Shown one piece after another: positions 15,200 to 26,384 of a DNA stretch of 64,000 nt; within the stretch, counting starts at the first letter, position 1; the number at the start of each line of letters is the position of its first letter. The stretch is taken from contig MU053557.1 of NCBI GenBank assembly GCA_013239625.1, positions 3,130,123 to 3,194,122 of the forward strand, in the 5' to 3' direction. The notes under the pieces were generated by a model, which saw nothing but the letters and a program-made list of their open reading frames with translations, was not told the origin of the DNA and made no database searches. Made by a program: the position numbers and the translations under genes. Origin of the DNA: Lama guanicoe. Its lineage: Eukaryota.

Positions 15200-15905
15200 G
15201 CTGAGCCACAGACCCCTCTTGCCTGTTGTTTTTCGCTTCAACTCTCTTCCTGCTAATGATCTGTTCTTCTTCATATCATAACCAACTGGCTTCTCCAGGC
15301 CCATGCCCCCGGAGAGCTTGCCTGTGCCCACTCCTCTGCTAACAGGCCCCCACATGGAGAGACAGACATCGTCTGTGTTGTAAGTTTTCTGAAGTGTTAG
15401 AGATGATAGCAATTTGTAACTTTTTGCCATGCCTACCGTGTTCCATGTGGTCTGTCTGCCTCTCCCGGCACCATCCTTGTACTCGACCATTCTTGACTCA
15501 CTCAGATCTCTCCAGCCACACTGGCCCTGCAGGTGTCCGACCCTCAAGCACTGCAAGTCTTGTCCTTCTTCAGGGCACTTGTTCTCTTTTCCTGGAAGGT
15601 TCTCCTCTTGGATTTTCACTTAGGGGTTTCCTCCCTTCCTTAAATGCCACCCTTCCTTAAATGTAGCGAAGATGAGGTCCCCTCACCATCTTTCTGCTTC
15701 TCAGCCCTTATTTTTTATTCCTTTGCAACATTAACATGGTTTTTAAATGTTTTATTTATATGTTTGTTTACGTTTATTTTTCTGGCCCACTGAAGTGAAC
15801 ACTTCTTGTGGGTGAAGACCAGATCCGTCTTACCCACATTGCCTTCATGGTACCCCAAGAGTGCCTCTAATACAGTAGAGGCTCAACAAGTCTTCGATCA
15901 ATTCA
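15200..15905 (+). mobile_element. Decayed L2 3' fragment
   Basis: L2-like phrases (ctccagccacactggcc, cctcaagcactgcaag, cagggcacttg, tacagtagaggctcaacaag). Approximate. Confidence 0.45.
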
Positions 15906-17719
15906 TTGAAAGAAGAAAAGTTTAAAACTAAACAGTGTCAACTGGTCGACTGGTCATTGCTGTTCTTAGAATTACAAAATCAAGTTCCACCCATGGGACG
16001 TCTCCCTTTGGTCCTCCACCGTCCTAGTTCTAACCTGCACCCAGCCACCCGGTTGTGGGGCAAACTCCCTCCCCTGCTGGAAAAGGCCATGAGCCACTGA
16101 CCCACAGTACAGAACCCCCAGCATTTTCTAATACTAAGCAGAAGAAAAAAAGCAGTTTCCTCTTCCTCCCAGGTCTCATATCAACTTCAGAATCACTCGC
16201 CAAGCAGCAGCTCTGCCCATGATATAGAGGTCTTTACATCCTTAATCAGAGTTTACATCTTCTTAATCTTTTTGCTTGTTTCATCTTGTTTGTAACTTTT
16301 TTTATCATGGTAAAATATGCATAACCATTTTTAAGTTGTTTCTTTCTTGATTCAGTGTTTGTTTGGTTGCTATAAACCTTTGATTGCTTTCCAGAGTTCT
16401 GACGATGTTGGCTGTGACAGTTTCTGCTTGAATTTGTTTCATTTGAGGGGTGGGAGCCCAGAGCTGCCTATTCCACCGTTTTACTCCAATTTCTCCTAAT
16501 CTTAGAGCCTCAGTTTAAAAATAAAAAGGATTTTGCTTCAAAACAAAGAGTTAGTCTTCTCCCAAAGAAGCATCAGAAAGATGGTGAATCTCAAAATAGC
16601 ACTTTCTCTCTACTCAAGGATTTTAAAATGTGAGGGTCAGTCTTAGCAAGTGATTATATTATTATCATGTTTATTCATTCATTTGAGTCTGGGGGTGTGG
16701 CCTGGGCAGCAGGATTTTTAAGCATTCTTCAGGTGTGCCGCTCAGGTTACCACCCAAAGCTGTAGAATCCAGCATGTGATTAAATCGAGTAAAAGCTAAG
16801 GTTCTTTCCCCCTGTGTCTTGGTTTCCTCAGTTACAAAACGGAGTTAGTATTGGTACTAACTTCATAGACTGATCTGAGTCAATTAGAACGTGTAACATG
16901 TCTGCCAAAACTTAGCTGCTTTATGTTTTACTTTTCCAACCTACTTCCTCCTTTTTTTTTTAATGGCATGATTCCTGTACGGCAAACTACACATATTTCA
17001 GATGTGCAATGGGATGTATTTTGATAGATGTACACACCCACGGAGCCACCACCACAATCAAGATAGCTAACGTTTCCACCTCCCCCCTGACCTCTAACTT
17101 CATTCTTCTTTTGTTCATGCTCACCGTAGACGTCTCTGTTGTTTTTTTGCTTCCAGAATATTCTCCACTTTAATCCCTCTCAGCTTGTCAACCCCTTTAA
17201 AGAACCAAAAAGACTGGCACACCACCCAGTCTGCCTGCTGTGGGAGCAAATGCTCTAAGTCCTCTGTTTCTGCCTCCCGAGATCTCCACCTGCTCTAAAC
17301 CCGTCAGACATTTCTGAATCCATCTCCACTGATACCAGTCTGATCACTATTTTCTCTCTCATCCCTGAGACGTACATTCTAAGATTTTTATCCAACATTT
17401 CCCTTCTCGGTCACGGACAACCCACTAGTCCCCCCATCCTGTTTGCTCCCCGCTCCTGCCCTCACACTCTGTTTCTGGCTACTCCTGTTGACTAGTCCGT
17501 GGAGCTGTGCTTCTTACATTTTTCCTCCCAAAGGAGAGGAAACAGAACATGTTGCCTGTGAGCCCTTTGGGGCCCGGGGCGGGGCTCATGGGGTCTGCAG
17601 TTCCGTGTCACAGCCTCATCTCTGAGTGTGCCTTTCACGTCTTTGTTTAAATAAAACAGAGTTCTGTGATACAGGAAAAAACACATGTGGATATCTGCAT
17701 TTTATTTGACTATCATTGT

Positions 17720-18062
17720 GATTTTTAATGTTAAAATATTTTAAATATTAATATTTTAAATATTTTTCATGTTATAGTTTATATAACATTTTATGTTTAT
17801 ATATGTATATACTTATATATGTTTATATTATATACATATATTTTATGTATTTCTAAAATGTATAGAAATAAAATGTGTATAGAAATACATGTATATAAAA
17901 TATATAAATATATATAAATATATAAAATATGTAAACACAAAATATTATATATGTTAAAACATTGTGTATTTTGTTTTTTTGTGTAATATTTTAATGTTAA
18001 AAATATTTTTTTCTAAATACAAAAAAATAGAAACAAAAGAAGAAAATAATATTTTTTCTAAA
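17720..18062. repeat. AT-rich low-complexity, partly palindromic tract
   Basis: Nearly all A/T, with TA-dinucleotide runs and inverted arms. Confidence 0.85.
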
Positions 18063-18730
18063 ATCTTGGTGTAAAGTTGCTACTCCAAGAAGCTCTATCA
18101 GATCGTGTTTACCCCATAGCTTCATGTCCCAGTGGCTGATCCTGGAAACGCTCAGGGTTCCGAGTACCCCAGCTGGGGGTAAGAGCGAGGTGTAGAGTCT
18201 TCCTTCTCTCTTTTGTTTTGCTCCCCTCCCCTCCTCTCTGAAATTCCTTCTCTTTTTTTTATTCTCCTGTCCCTTAAATATTTGTTCAGAAAAGGAAAAA
18301 AAAAAAACTCTCCAGTACTTGAGGACTTAGGATTTTCAAATTCCTGGATTTAAAACCCAAATGAATGAATGATTTTTCCCCCCAGAGAAGAGTGGCATTC
18401 ATCAGAAGTGATTTGGGTGTTTTCTGTTGCAGACTTTTCAAACACTTGGTCTGGGCTGACATTGTCCTGGGCCTGATGATTGTTACCCTTTTTCTTTGAG
18501 GTTAAACTTTCTCATTATGACAGAAAAGTCATCAAAAGATATTGACAGCCAGGCAGCGAAGTGTCCAAGCTAATGCTCTGCAAATCAGTGAGAAAGTCAC
18601 AGATGAAGAAGGCTGCTCCCCACAACTGAAGTGTAGTTAATCGACCCCAGTGCAGCTGTTGAGGGGAACGTTCCAGCCGAATTCAGTGTGAAGACACGTC
18701 TGTAGGATAGTCATTAAATCCAAGTAGGAC

Positions 18731-19317
18731 TGTTGTTGAACCCAAGTTTGGTGCTGGATGCACGGTGAAGCCAAACCAACCTAAGCATCAGAGTTGGGAG
18801 CAGAGAAAGTTTAATACACGGGCCAAGCAAGGAGAACGGGCCACTTGTACTCAAAAGACCCAAGCTCCCTGATGGCGTTCAGGCAAGAGTGTTTAAAGAC
18901 AGGGTTAGGGGAGAGGGTCGTGGATGCATGATCAGCTCCTGGACTTTCTTCTCATTGGTTGGTGGTCAGATAACAGAGTGAAGTTTCAGGGATCTCAACT
19001 TTCTGTTTCCAACCAGTCTGGGGTCTAGCGCGTGTGGTCAGCACACAGTCACCATCCTCCACTGGTTGGGGGGTGGGTCTTAGTTTCTGCAGAACAACTC
19101 AAAGATATGCATCAGATTGTTACCTGTATCCTTGCAGGAGGACCTAGGAGTCCTGTGACTCTGTCACCCTAACTGTTAACAGCTTAAGCCTGCCCTTTGG
19201 AATTTGAGGAAGACCTAGGAGACTAAAGCCTTTTTGTTTTCGTCTACAAACAAGAAACTGGGGACACAGAGGGACTTTTGGACCTGGGAAAGCCCCACAG
19301 GGTCCTGCTCAGTTTCA
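18731..19317 (-). mobile_element. Solo LTR, probably ERV1 class (MER41-like)
   Basis: 587 bp bounded by TG...CA. The minus strand starts tgaaactgagcaggaccctgtgggg and carries CCAAT (18954-18958) and ATTAAA (18810-18815) in LTR order. Family name from memory. Confidence 0.75.
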
Positions 19318-19863
19318 GTCCCTCTTTCTCTTTGATACCCCTCAATCCTGAGGGGAACAGGGGCAGGACAAGAAAAGGGACTAAAGTTTGGATAGAGAGG
19401 GTAACCATAAACTTGGCAGGGGAACTCGGTTTTAGGGGACTTGGTTTCAGAACGCCCAAACCTTTCACATGAGGGCCCGGAGATGAGAAGCAAGTAGGTG
19501 GCCAACTCCGTAAACCCTGGTCCCCCCCTGCCTTGAAGCTGTGGTTTCTTCTCGGGCTCAACAGCTAAAAAACGTTAAGCTGAGAAGCCCTGACCCAGGT
19601 CTTTCCTTGCTGCCTCATTGTGGGGAGCAGAGAGCTGACGTATCTTCTCCTCTGCTTCTTTCCTATTATTTGCCCCTCTGTTAATCTGGTTGGGGTCTCA
19701 CTCCTGCAGTAAACTTTCAGATACAATCCACACTGAAGATACACTAGTCTTCATCGATTTGGGCCACTCAGTTAACAGACATTCAATAGGTTATTGGCTG
19801 TTTGACGATCTTTATGGCCTGCTAACTATACCGCTTTCTTTCTTTCCAATGTTCACTTGGAAG

Positions 19864-19928
19864 ACGTGCGTTCTTCAAAAGCACCTCGAGTCTGTCCAGA
19901 AGGAGTTCATCATTTTCAACAGAGAAAA
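19864..19928 (+). CDS. STK32A: STK32A penultimate exon: TCVLQKHLESVQKEFIIFNRE(K)
   Basis: aag acceptor, gtaagt donor, 65 bp. Carries the FxxFNR hydrophobic-motif variant of STK32 kinases. Confidence 0.95.
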
Positions 19929-20297
19929 GTAAGTAACTCACAGAAGAAGAGCTGCTCAGCCGATGATGGAGTGTTTCAGCCAGATTGTACTTGCAAAGCT
20001 TTAATATATTTTTTATTCTTTCTCATCACAAAAATGATGCAGAAAATCTGGAAAATTCAGAAACCTTTTCTTGTAAGAGATTTCAACAATTGTAACAGAT
20101 AAAATAGCTTGGCTTCAGGTTTCTGTTGATGGGAAGGGCGGAAGAATGGGGAATTACAAATATTTAAAGTCAGTGTTTTTTAAGGTTACCCTGGCTCATG
20201 CCTCTTTATAAATTGCTGGGCTTAATGCTGTCATTTCAAAAGCTTGTATCTTTTTCACTTCAGTGAATAAACCCACCTTATTTTTTTTCCTTTTAAG

Positions 20298-20391
20298 AGT
20301 AAAAAGGGATTTTAATACAAGACAAGCAAATGTAGCCTTGGAACAAACCAAAGACCCCCAGGAAGAGGACGGCCGGAATAACAACCTGTGA
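20298..20391 (+). CDS. STK32A: STK32A last coding exon: (K)VKRDFNTRQANVALEQTKDPQEEDGRNNNL*
   Basis: Long T tract plus taag acceptor; phase fits the previous exon; TGA at 20389-20391. The C-terminus ...NNNL matches recalled STK32A. Confidence 0.95.
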
Positions 20392-23300
20392 AGTCAACAT
20401 CTTCTTCCTGGGACATTTCCTGGCACCTTGGGCCAGGAGCTTCTGATTTCCATGTCAGGAGGAGCTGACAGTGATTCTCACCTCTCCACACCTCACACAC
20501 CTGAGACACTGAATGAATACCTTTGGAAGGGGGCAGCGGGATACAGTGACGAGTCCCTGGGCTTCTGGGAACTCGTGTCTCCACTGTGTGACCTTGAGCA
20601 AGTCACTGAACTGCTTTCTCTGCTTCAGTTTATTCCTCTGACATGAGAGGTTAAAACTAGAGCTCGACTCTGACTTCTCCTCCCATCATCCTGTTCTTCT
20701 CAACAGCCTTTGTTTTTATTTTGAAAGGAAGATTTGGATGTAGATTTATTTTTCCACTCCTTTGAATTACACTGTGACAAATGGACAGAGGTGGGTGATG
20801 GGGTGAGGCTCTTCAGAGCTAGAAAACTTCACAGAGATCAGAATCCCCAAACCCAATTGAACAGGAGTAAGGAATCCACTCAAGGAGAAATGAGTAGGAG
20901 AGATTAGCAGTGACACAGATTTTTGAGGACCTTCCGGTAGTGTGCTGGGGTCAGGACACCACAGCAGCTTGTATCAGCTCATAAAGAGCCGGCCGTGCAC
21001 ATCTGTTCCAATTCCCTGCACAGGGATGTGAAGTGGGGAGGCTGAAATTGGTGACGGCGGAAGTACTTATACCACGGAAACTGACATGCTACAAATCAGG
21101 GCCTTTTTTCTTTCCCCTTCTGAGCAAGCCAGTTGTGGAATATTTATTAGCACACTATTTGCCTTCTTCTAGAAGCATGTTCCTTGAGAGCTAGTTGTCC
21201 CCTTAAGACTGTCAGAGACCTGTGTCTGGAGAGCATCAGAAAAGAATATCGCCACGTTGAAAGCACAGCCGCCCTGTAGTACACCGAGGGTGTACCTTAT
21301 GCGGGAGTTACAGCCGAAGTTCGAGCATGAGGGGAATTCGGGATGATAGTAAAATTTACCCTTGAAAAATCCTTTTAATTATACATAACATAAAGTGAGT
21401 ATCTTTTCTGAAAGAAGCCCAGTATCACGAGACCCTTTGCTAATGAAATGGGTCATTTTGGGGGGTTCGTTTTGTCTTTAATGTTTGGTCTCATTTTTGG
21501 CTGACTCCAGGTGAACTAAAATGATGAAGAGATTGTACACACTTACAGAGACTGGACCCACACCTGGAACCACAGGGTCCGCACACCTCTGAGAGGTCCA
21601 AGGTCACAGAGGCTGACTAAGGGAGCAGCAGTACTGACTTGCACTTACGATGAGAGTGGCGGGCAGGATTGCTTATTTAAAATCTGCTTGATATTTCACT
21701 CTTTTTCTTTCTGTTTTATTTATGTATTTGCTGAACACAAAGTTCAGTTCACCCAAGTGAGGCATGTTCACTCCACTCCCCTGATGCCCAGATCTTTGCA
21801 GAGAAACTCTTCTTGGCAACCTGCAGGCGCTGCCGAGTGGTCCAGAATGAACGGGGAGAATGAGGGGCTGACTCTTGGCCACTCAGATCACCGCACCTCA
21901 TCCTTACTTATGCAGAGGACGGGCCTCACCGAGATGGCAGTCAGCTGGCAACGCGGGAGACCAGACTGGCACCCAGTTGGGAAACCAGCCAGGTGGAAGT
22001 GGGCAGAAGTAACAGAAACGGCCGCCAGCTACAAAGGACTTTCCCAGAAGGGAGGTTGCAGTGGGGCAACCAAAAAGGGGGAGAAAGCCAGTGCGGAACT
22101 TTAACTCAGCATTTATGGTTTTCTCCTCGCTCAACTCATAGGCCCAGAGCTTCTGGCCTTGATGAGCTGTGAAACAGTGCCTGTTTAAGAGTAACCGTAT
22201 TTTTGTTAAGAAGTAAACAGCAGCTCTTGTGTTGTTTAATTCCTTTTCTCTACATATCTCCTGCATTATTTGTCTGTGCTGATTTTCCTCCAAACAGTAT
22301 ATACTCTGACTCAATTTCCCAAAGTGGAGGGATGGGTTGAGAAGAGCTATAAGGAGGTGACCAGATCCTCCTCCAGGCTGGTAACCAGGAGTGTCAGCAG
22401 CCACTTACGTGTTTACCAACTTCCGTCTTTCATTTGTTTCAATTCAAGCTCTGATGTGCTGTTGACTCATCGCTCCAGCCATCTGGCTCCTCCTCTTGCT
22501 ATGACCTTGTATGTATCATCCCAAAGGAGAGACTTTAGGAAACACCCAAGTGCAACGGGATTGGTAGGATCTCCATTGGGATGGGAGTTAATCCTCTGCT
22601 CTGTTCCACATCTACAGAGTTTATAATGGGATAGGAACCCAATACAGCCTCTATAAGTTGAATCCCTAGTTTCTACTTCCAATGACCTGCTTCTGTGTCT
22701 AAGGCACCTTTACGGGTTTTCAGGAACCATGGGTGCACTGACAGAGCACAGCCTCAGAGAGAAGACTGATTTCCAGTCCTAATCAGACCACAGACTCACA
22801 ATGTGTTTCAGGTTAGAAAAGCCGCAGCATTACAGCCGTTGGTGGAGAACAGCTGATTCTAAGCACCTCCCACCACTGGACATTTTGGGCATCAGGACAA
22901 AAAAGTTTTCTAAAAAATAAAAGGATCCCTAAATCCTTACTGTGATTGCTAGTCGTCGAAATCAGATCCTTTGGTTAATGCTGTGACTTGGGCTAAAGTT
23001 TACTACCCTGCTTGGTGGAACATAACTCACCAAGGCTTGTGACAACCAAGGCTCGGGGCTAAGAATTTTAGAAAATAGGGTGGTTCTTACATCCTTTTGT
23101 CTGGTATTTCTGGAAACTCTCTCTCCTCACAGCTCCCTCCTTTACCTGTGTGGAGCATCTGAAAAGTCTGAGCAGGTTTTGAAGACCAGGAGCTTCCTGG
23201 TTCAAATGCTCTGGCGCTGCAGTGGGGCCGCCCACCCCCGCGCGTTCACAGGGACTGCAAATGGGTGGTGGGGCGGCCCCGGGACCCTGACCATGACCCA

Positions 23301-23880
23301 AACTCCATGGAAGGTAATACTCTGCTAATGGCCTCCAGCCCAGATGGCAGCACTGGTTTTAGCCGAGGGCATTGCTGGGGCAGGAAATCAATGTCAAACT
23401 GCGCAGAGCATTGCTCAGTTAATTAGAGTAATTTAACTACTGAGTGGTTAGGCTGCTTCTGATGGGACAGAAACAACTAGACTATCATCATGGTTTTTCT
23501 AGACTGTACGGATGAATATTTAACACAGGGAGAAAGGGGGTCACAGAGCTCACAGGGACTAGTGTTGCTGCTTTTGGCTGATGCAGTAATGCGACGGCTT
23601 TAATGCTTCAAAGGCTGAATGAAAAGCACGAAGAACACAGTTGAGTTGTTTTGGTGTTTGCATTCTGTCGACACAAATCCCCGTTTCCTAGAAACTCTGT
23701 CTGCCTGTGATTCCTGTTTCTTACAATCTCAGTGTGTCATACAAAGAAAACAGTGATGTGAAAAACCCAAACTCCAGTTATGTGTGCTGTTGTGAACGGG
23801 CAGCCCTTGGATGGGAAATACGTGCTTCTGCTGAGCTGTCATTGCGCCTGCGTGTATTAAAGCGTCTTCTGTACACAGTA
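20392..23880 (+). other. STK32A: Probable STK32A 3'UTR
   Basis: Runs from the stop codon to the ATTAAA/GU-rich poly(A) site. The 3' end is inferred. Confidence 0.6.
20938..21157. mobile_element. MER63-like hAT MITE in the STK32A 3'UTR
   Basis: Perfect 9-bp terminal inverted repeat tagtgtgct...agcacacta. Internal ccacggaaactgacatgctacaaatcagggc resembles MER63. Confidence 0.65.
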
Positions 23881-23922
23881 AGCCACTGACCCTTCTTTGT
23901 CAGCTTTGTGTGTGTGTGTGTG
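23856..23922 (+). terminator. STK32A: Candidate STK32A polyadenylation site
   Basis: ATTAAA at 23856-23861, CA dinucleotides 12-25 nt downstream, then a T/GT-rich element (ttctttgtcagctttgtgtgtgtgtgtgt). A weaker alternative AATAAA sits at 22916-22921. Confidence 0.6.
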
Positions 23923-25199
23923 TAATCGTGTCCCCTAGGGGTAGGGTTATGGGTTCCCAAAGTCACCACTTCCTGCTGTGAAGACTCTCCTAGACCAGAG
24001 ACAAGCTGGTGTCAAATGTTCTAGAAGAACACAGTGCATCACAGTCCAGCTGAAACAACTAAGAAAACTGAAATCCTGACCCCTCTAGTATTCACACCTC
24101 AGGAAGCACAGCCCAGAATCCTGGATCTGCCCTCTCACCGTGACCTGAAGGCCACGGCAGTCCACGCACCTATTTTGCAGCACTCTGCTTTCCTAGCCCT
24201 CAACGTCTTGGTCCTGTCCCACACACACAAGCAGCAGGTGGGTGTCCCAAGGCCCATATCCTGGGACAGGAGGGTAACGACAGCTCTGTACTCTCGCAGC
24301 CAGAAGCAACTTCTTTAGGGGAGAATTGAGGGAACTTCCAACCACCTCACCACCTCTTGGACCCACAGTAGCTTAGCAGCCAGCAGGCCAGCTGACTCTG
24401 GTGATAGGTACTTGTGGGTCTTGGGGGCTCTGAAGTCCTGCATGCTGAGTGTTTTGTTGTCCAGGTCACGTTAAGTGTCCTGTCACGTTCTCAGCGCCCT
24501 CTAGACCTCTTTCCGTTCTGAGGAATGTCAGCCCTAAGGATGTGATCTCGTTTCTGCAGGTTGCTTTGGCCCTGTCATCCCATTTCCTGCTCACGGTTGG
24601 TGTTCCCCGAGTGATAGCTTGATGGTAGCAATGTTGATCCAAAAAGCTCTTTGAAACCAGACAGACCTTGTTGTTCCTATTCCGTGTTCTCATTCCCCAC
24701 CGGTTGCCGTGACTCAGCCCTGAATACCTCCAGTCCGCAGAAGTGTGAAAGTCAACGTGTGAGTTTCACCAACTTAAAAACTGCTTCATCTCCTTGAGAG
24801 CCCTGCAGGCTGAGCTCTTGTTAAGCACTGACCATGCCCTTTACACCACGCTAATCCTAAGCAGGGCTCAGCTGCCACCCTGGTCACGAGCAGGGAGAGG
24901 TGTTTCATCCATTCTAAGTTTGAGTCACAAAATGAGACCACAGGCCAAAGCTTATTAATCACCAAAACTGGTGTCAAACTGAAATAATTCTTTATATGCT
25001 CAGAGCAGCATCTGAGGTGGTTTCTGTGCTCCTGTACTGACAGCATTGTGCTGCCAAACCAAGGGGAGTTCACACAGAAAAACAATTTGTCAGAAATGAC
25101 CACCCCCGCTCCCCTTCTCCGCCTGCCCCAAACTATATGCAGATACTTGGCTGAGCAAAGCACTCGTGCCCTGCAGGCTTGCGATTGGAGCCGTGGCCA

Positions 25200-25710
25200 C
25201 CTGCTCTTTTCGCCTGCCCACCATCCACGTCCTCTTCTGCTGGGATCACAGATTGACTTAATTTGCATTAAGAGTCCACGTGGTTCAGTGGCTCAGGGGT
25301 GGGGCACGTGCCCAGGTGTGGCCAATTAGCCCCATCTCCAGGGCCACAGCGACTAGGACAGTGGTGAGCATGTGACCAAGCTGGACCAATCAGAATCAGC
25401 CTCCCTGGCTGGCACTGCTGAGGGAGCCTCTCTCCCCCTGAAGTTGCTAAGTAGGTAAAATGCAAGCCTGGAGATGCTGACGGCCAGTTTTGCTCCTACC
25501 TGGAAAGAGCCTTCCCAAGAACGAGGCACTTACTAAAGGCAAGCAGGGCTCAGAGATGGAAAGAAACAATGTTCTCCATCCAGCTATGCTTAAGTCTACC
25601 CAAATCTATCCCTCAAGTTCTCAGTTACACCAGACTTTAAAACACCAGACTTTAAAAAACCCTTTCCAAAAAACTGTCTTTGCCTACACGAGTCTAACAT
25701 TTGCAAAGAA
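25200..25710. mobile_element. Old MaLR (MLT1-type) LTR in the intergenic gap
   Basis: MLT1-like phrases ggggtggggcacgtgcccagg..ggccaat and gcatgtgaccaagctggaccaatcaga. Confidence 0.55.
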
Positions 25711-26384
25711 AAATGTCCCACATCAACTGTAACTGGATCCAGGAGTGTTAACCCCAAAAGGGTTTAGTCTTAACAGGTCTAGTGGAAAGTTTAAAAGATG
25801 ATACAGAAGGGTTCAGTAGTCAAAAAAAGCTTGAGAACTGTGAGCTAGACAAATATTGAAAGACTTACAAAACAGATCCTTTAACTTGAGAATATGTACT
25901 TTAAATCTCTCAGAGGAGCAGACATAGTAAATAATCCTTTTCCACACTCATTAGACCGCTTGGAGACAGTCTGCTAAAGAATATACTTTGGAACATGCTT
26001 AGTTTGAATTTTCCCAAAGTCCAGGCTTTTAGGAAGAAGCAGAAAGCACTTTAAGGAGATGACCAAAAACAAACAAAGACTTCAGGATCTGTTCTGTACT
26101 CAACTAGATTTATCCCAAATGGCAATCATTTTTTACATCAATACTAAACTTGATGACTCATTAAAAATAATTTAGTTATTTCCCACAGTTTCAAAAATGG
26201 TCATCTAACTCTGAGGCCAAAACTCAAGCTGAACTGAAAAGACAGAAAGTCCCCAGATTTTCTGAGCGTAACTGTTTGCATCAGAGCCGCCCCTCTTACT
26301 AACCCCGTCAGTCCTGTCGTGCAACTGTCACAGTTTAGGAAGAAGGGCACGTCACACACGGAAGGAGGCTTGAGGACGACAGCT

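Noticed and set aside
25627..25657. 15-bp tandem duplication (caccagactttaaaa x2); a similar pair at 15634-15663
   Set aside because: Ordinary slippage duplications inside old repeats.
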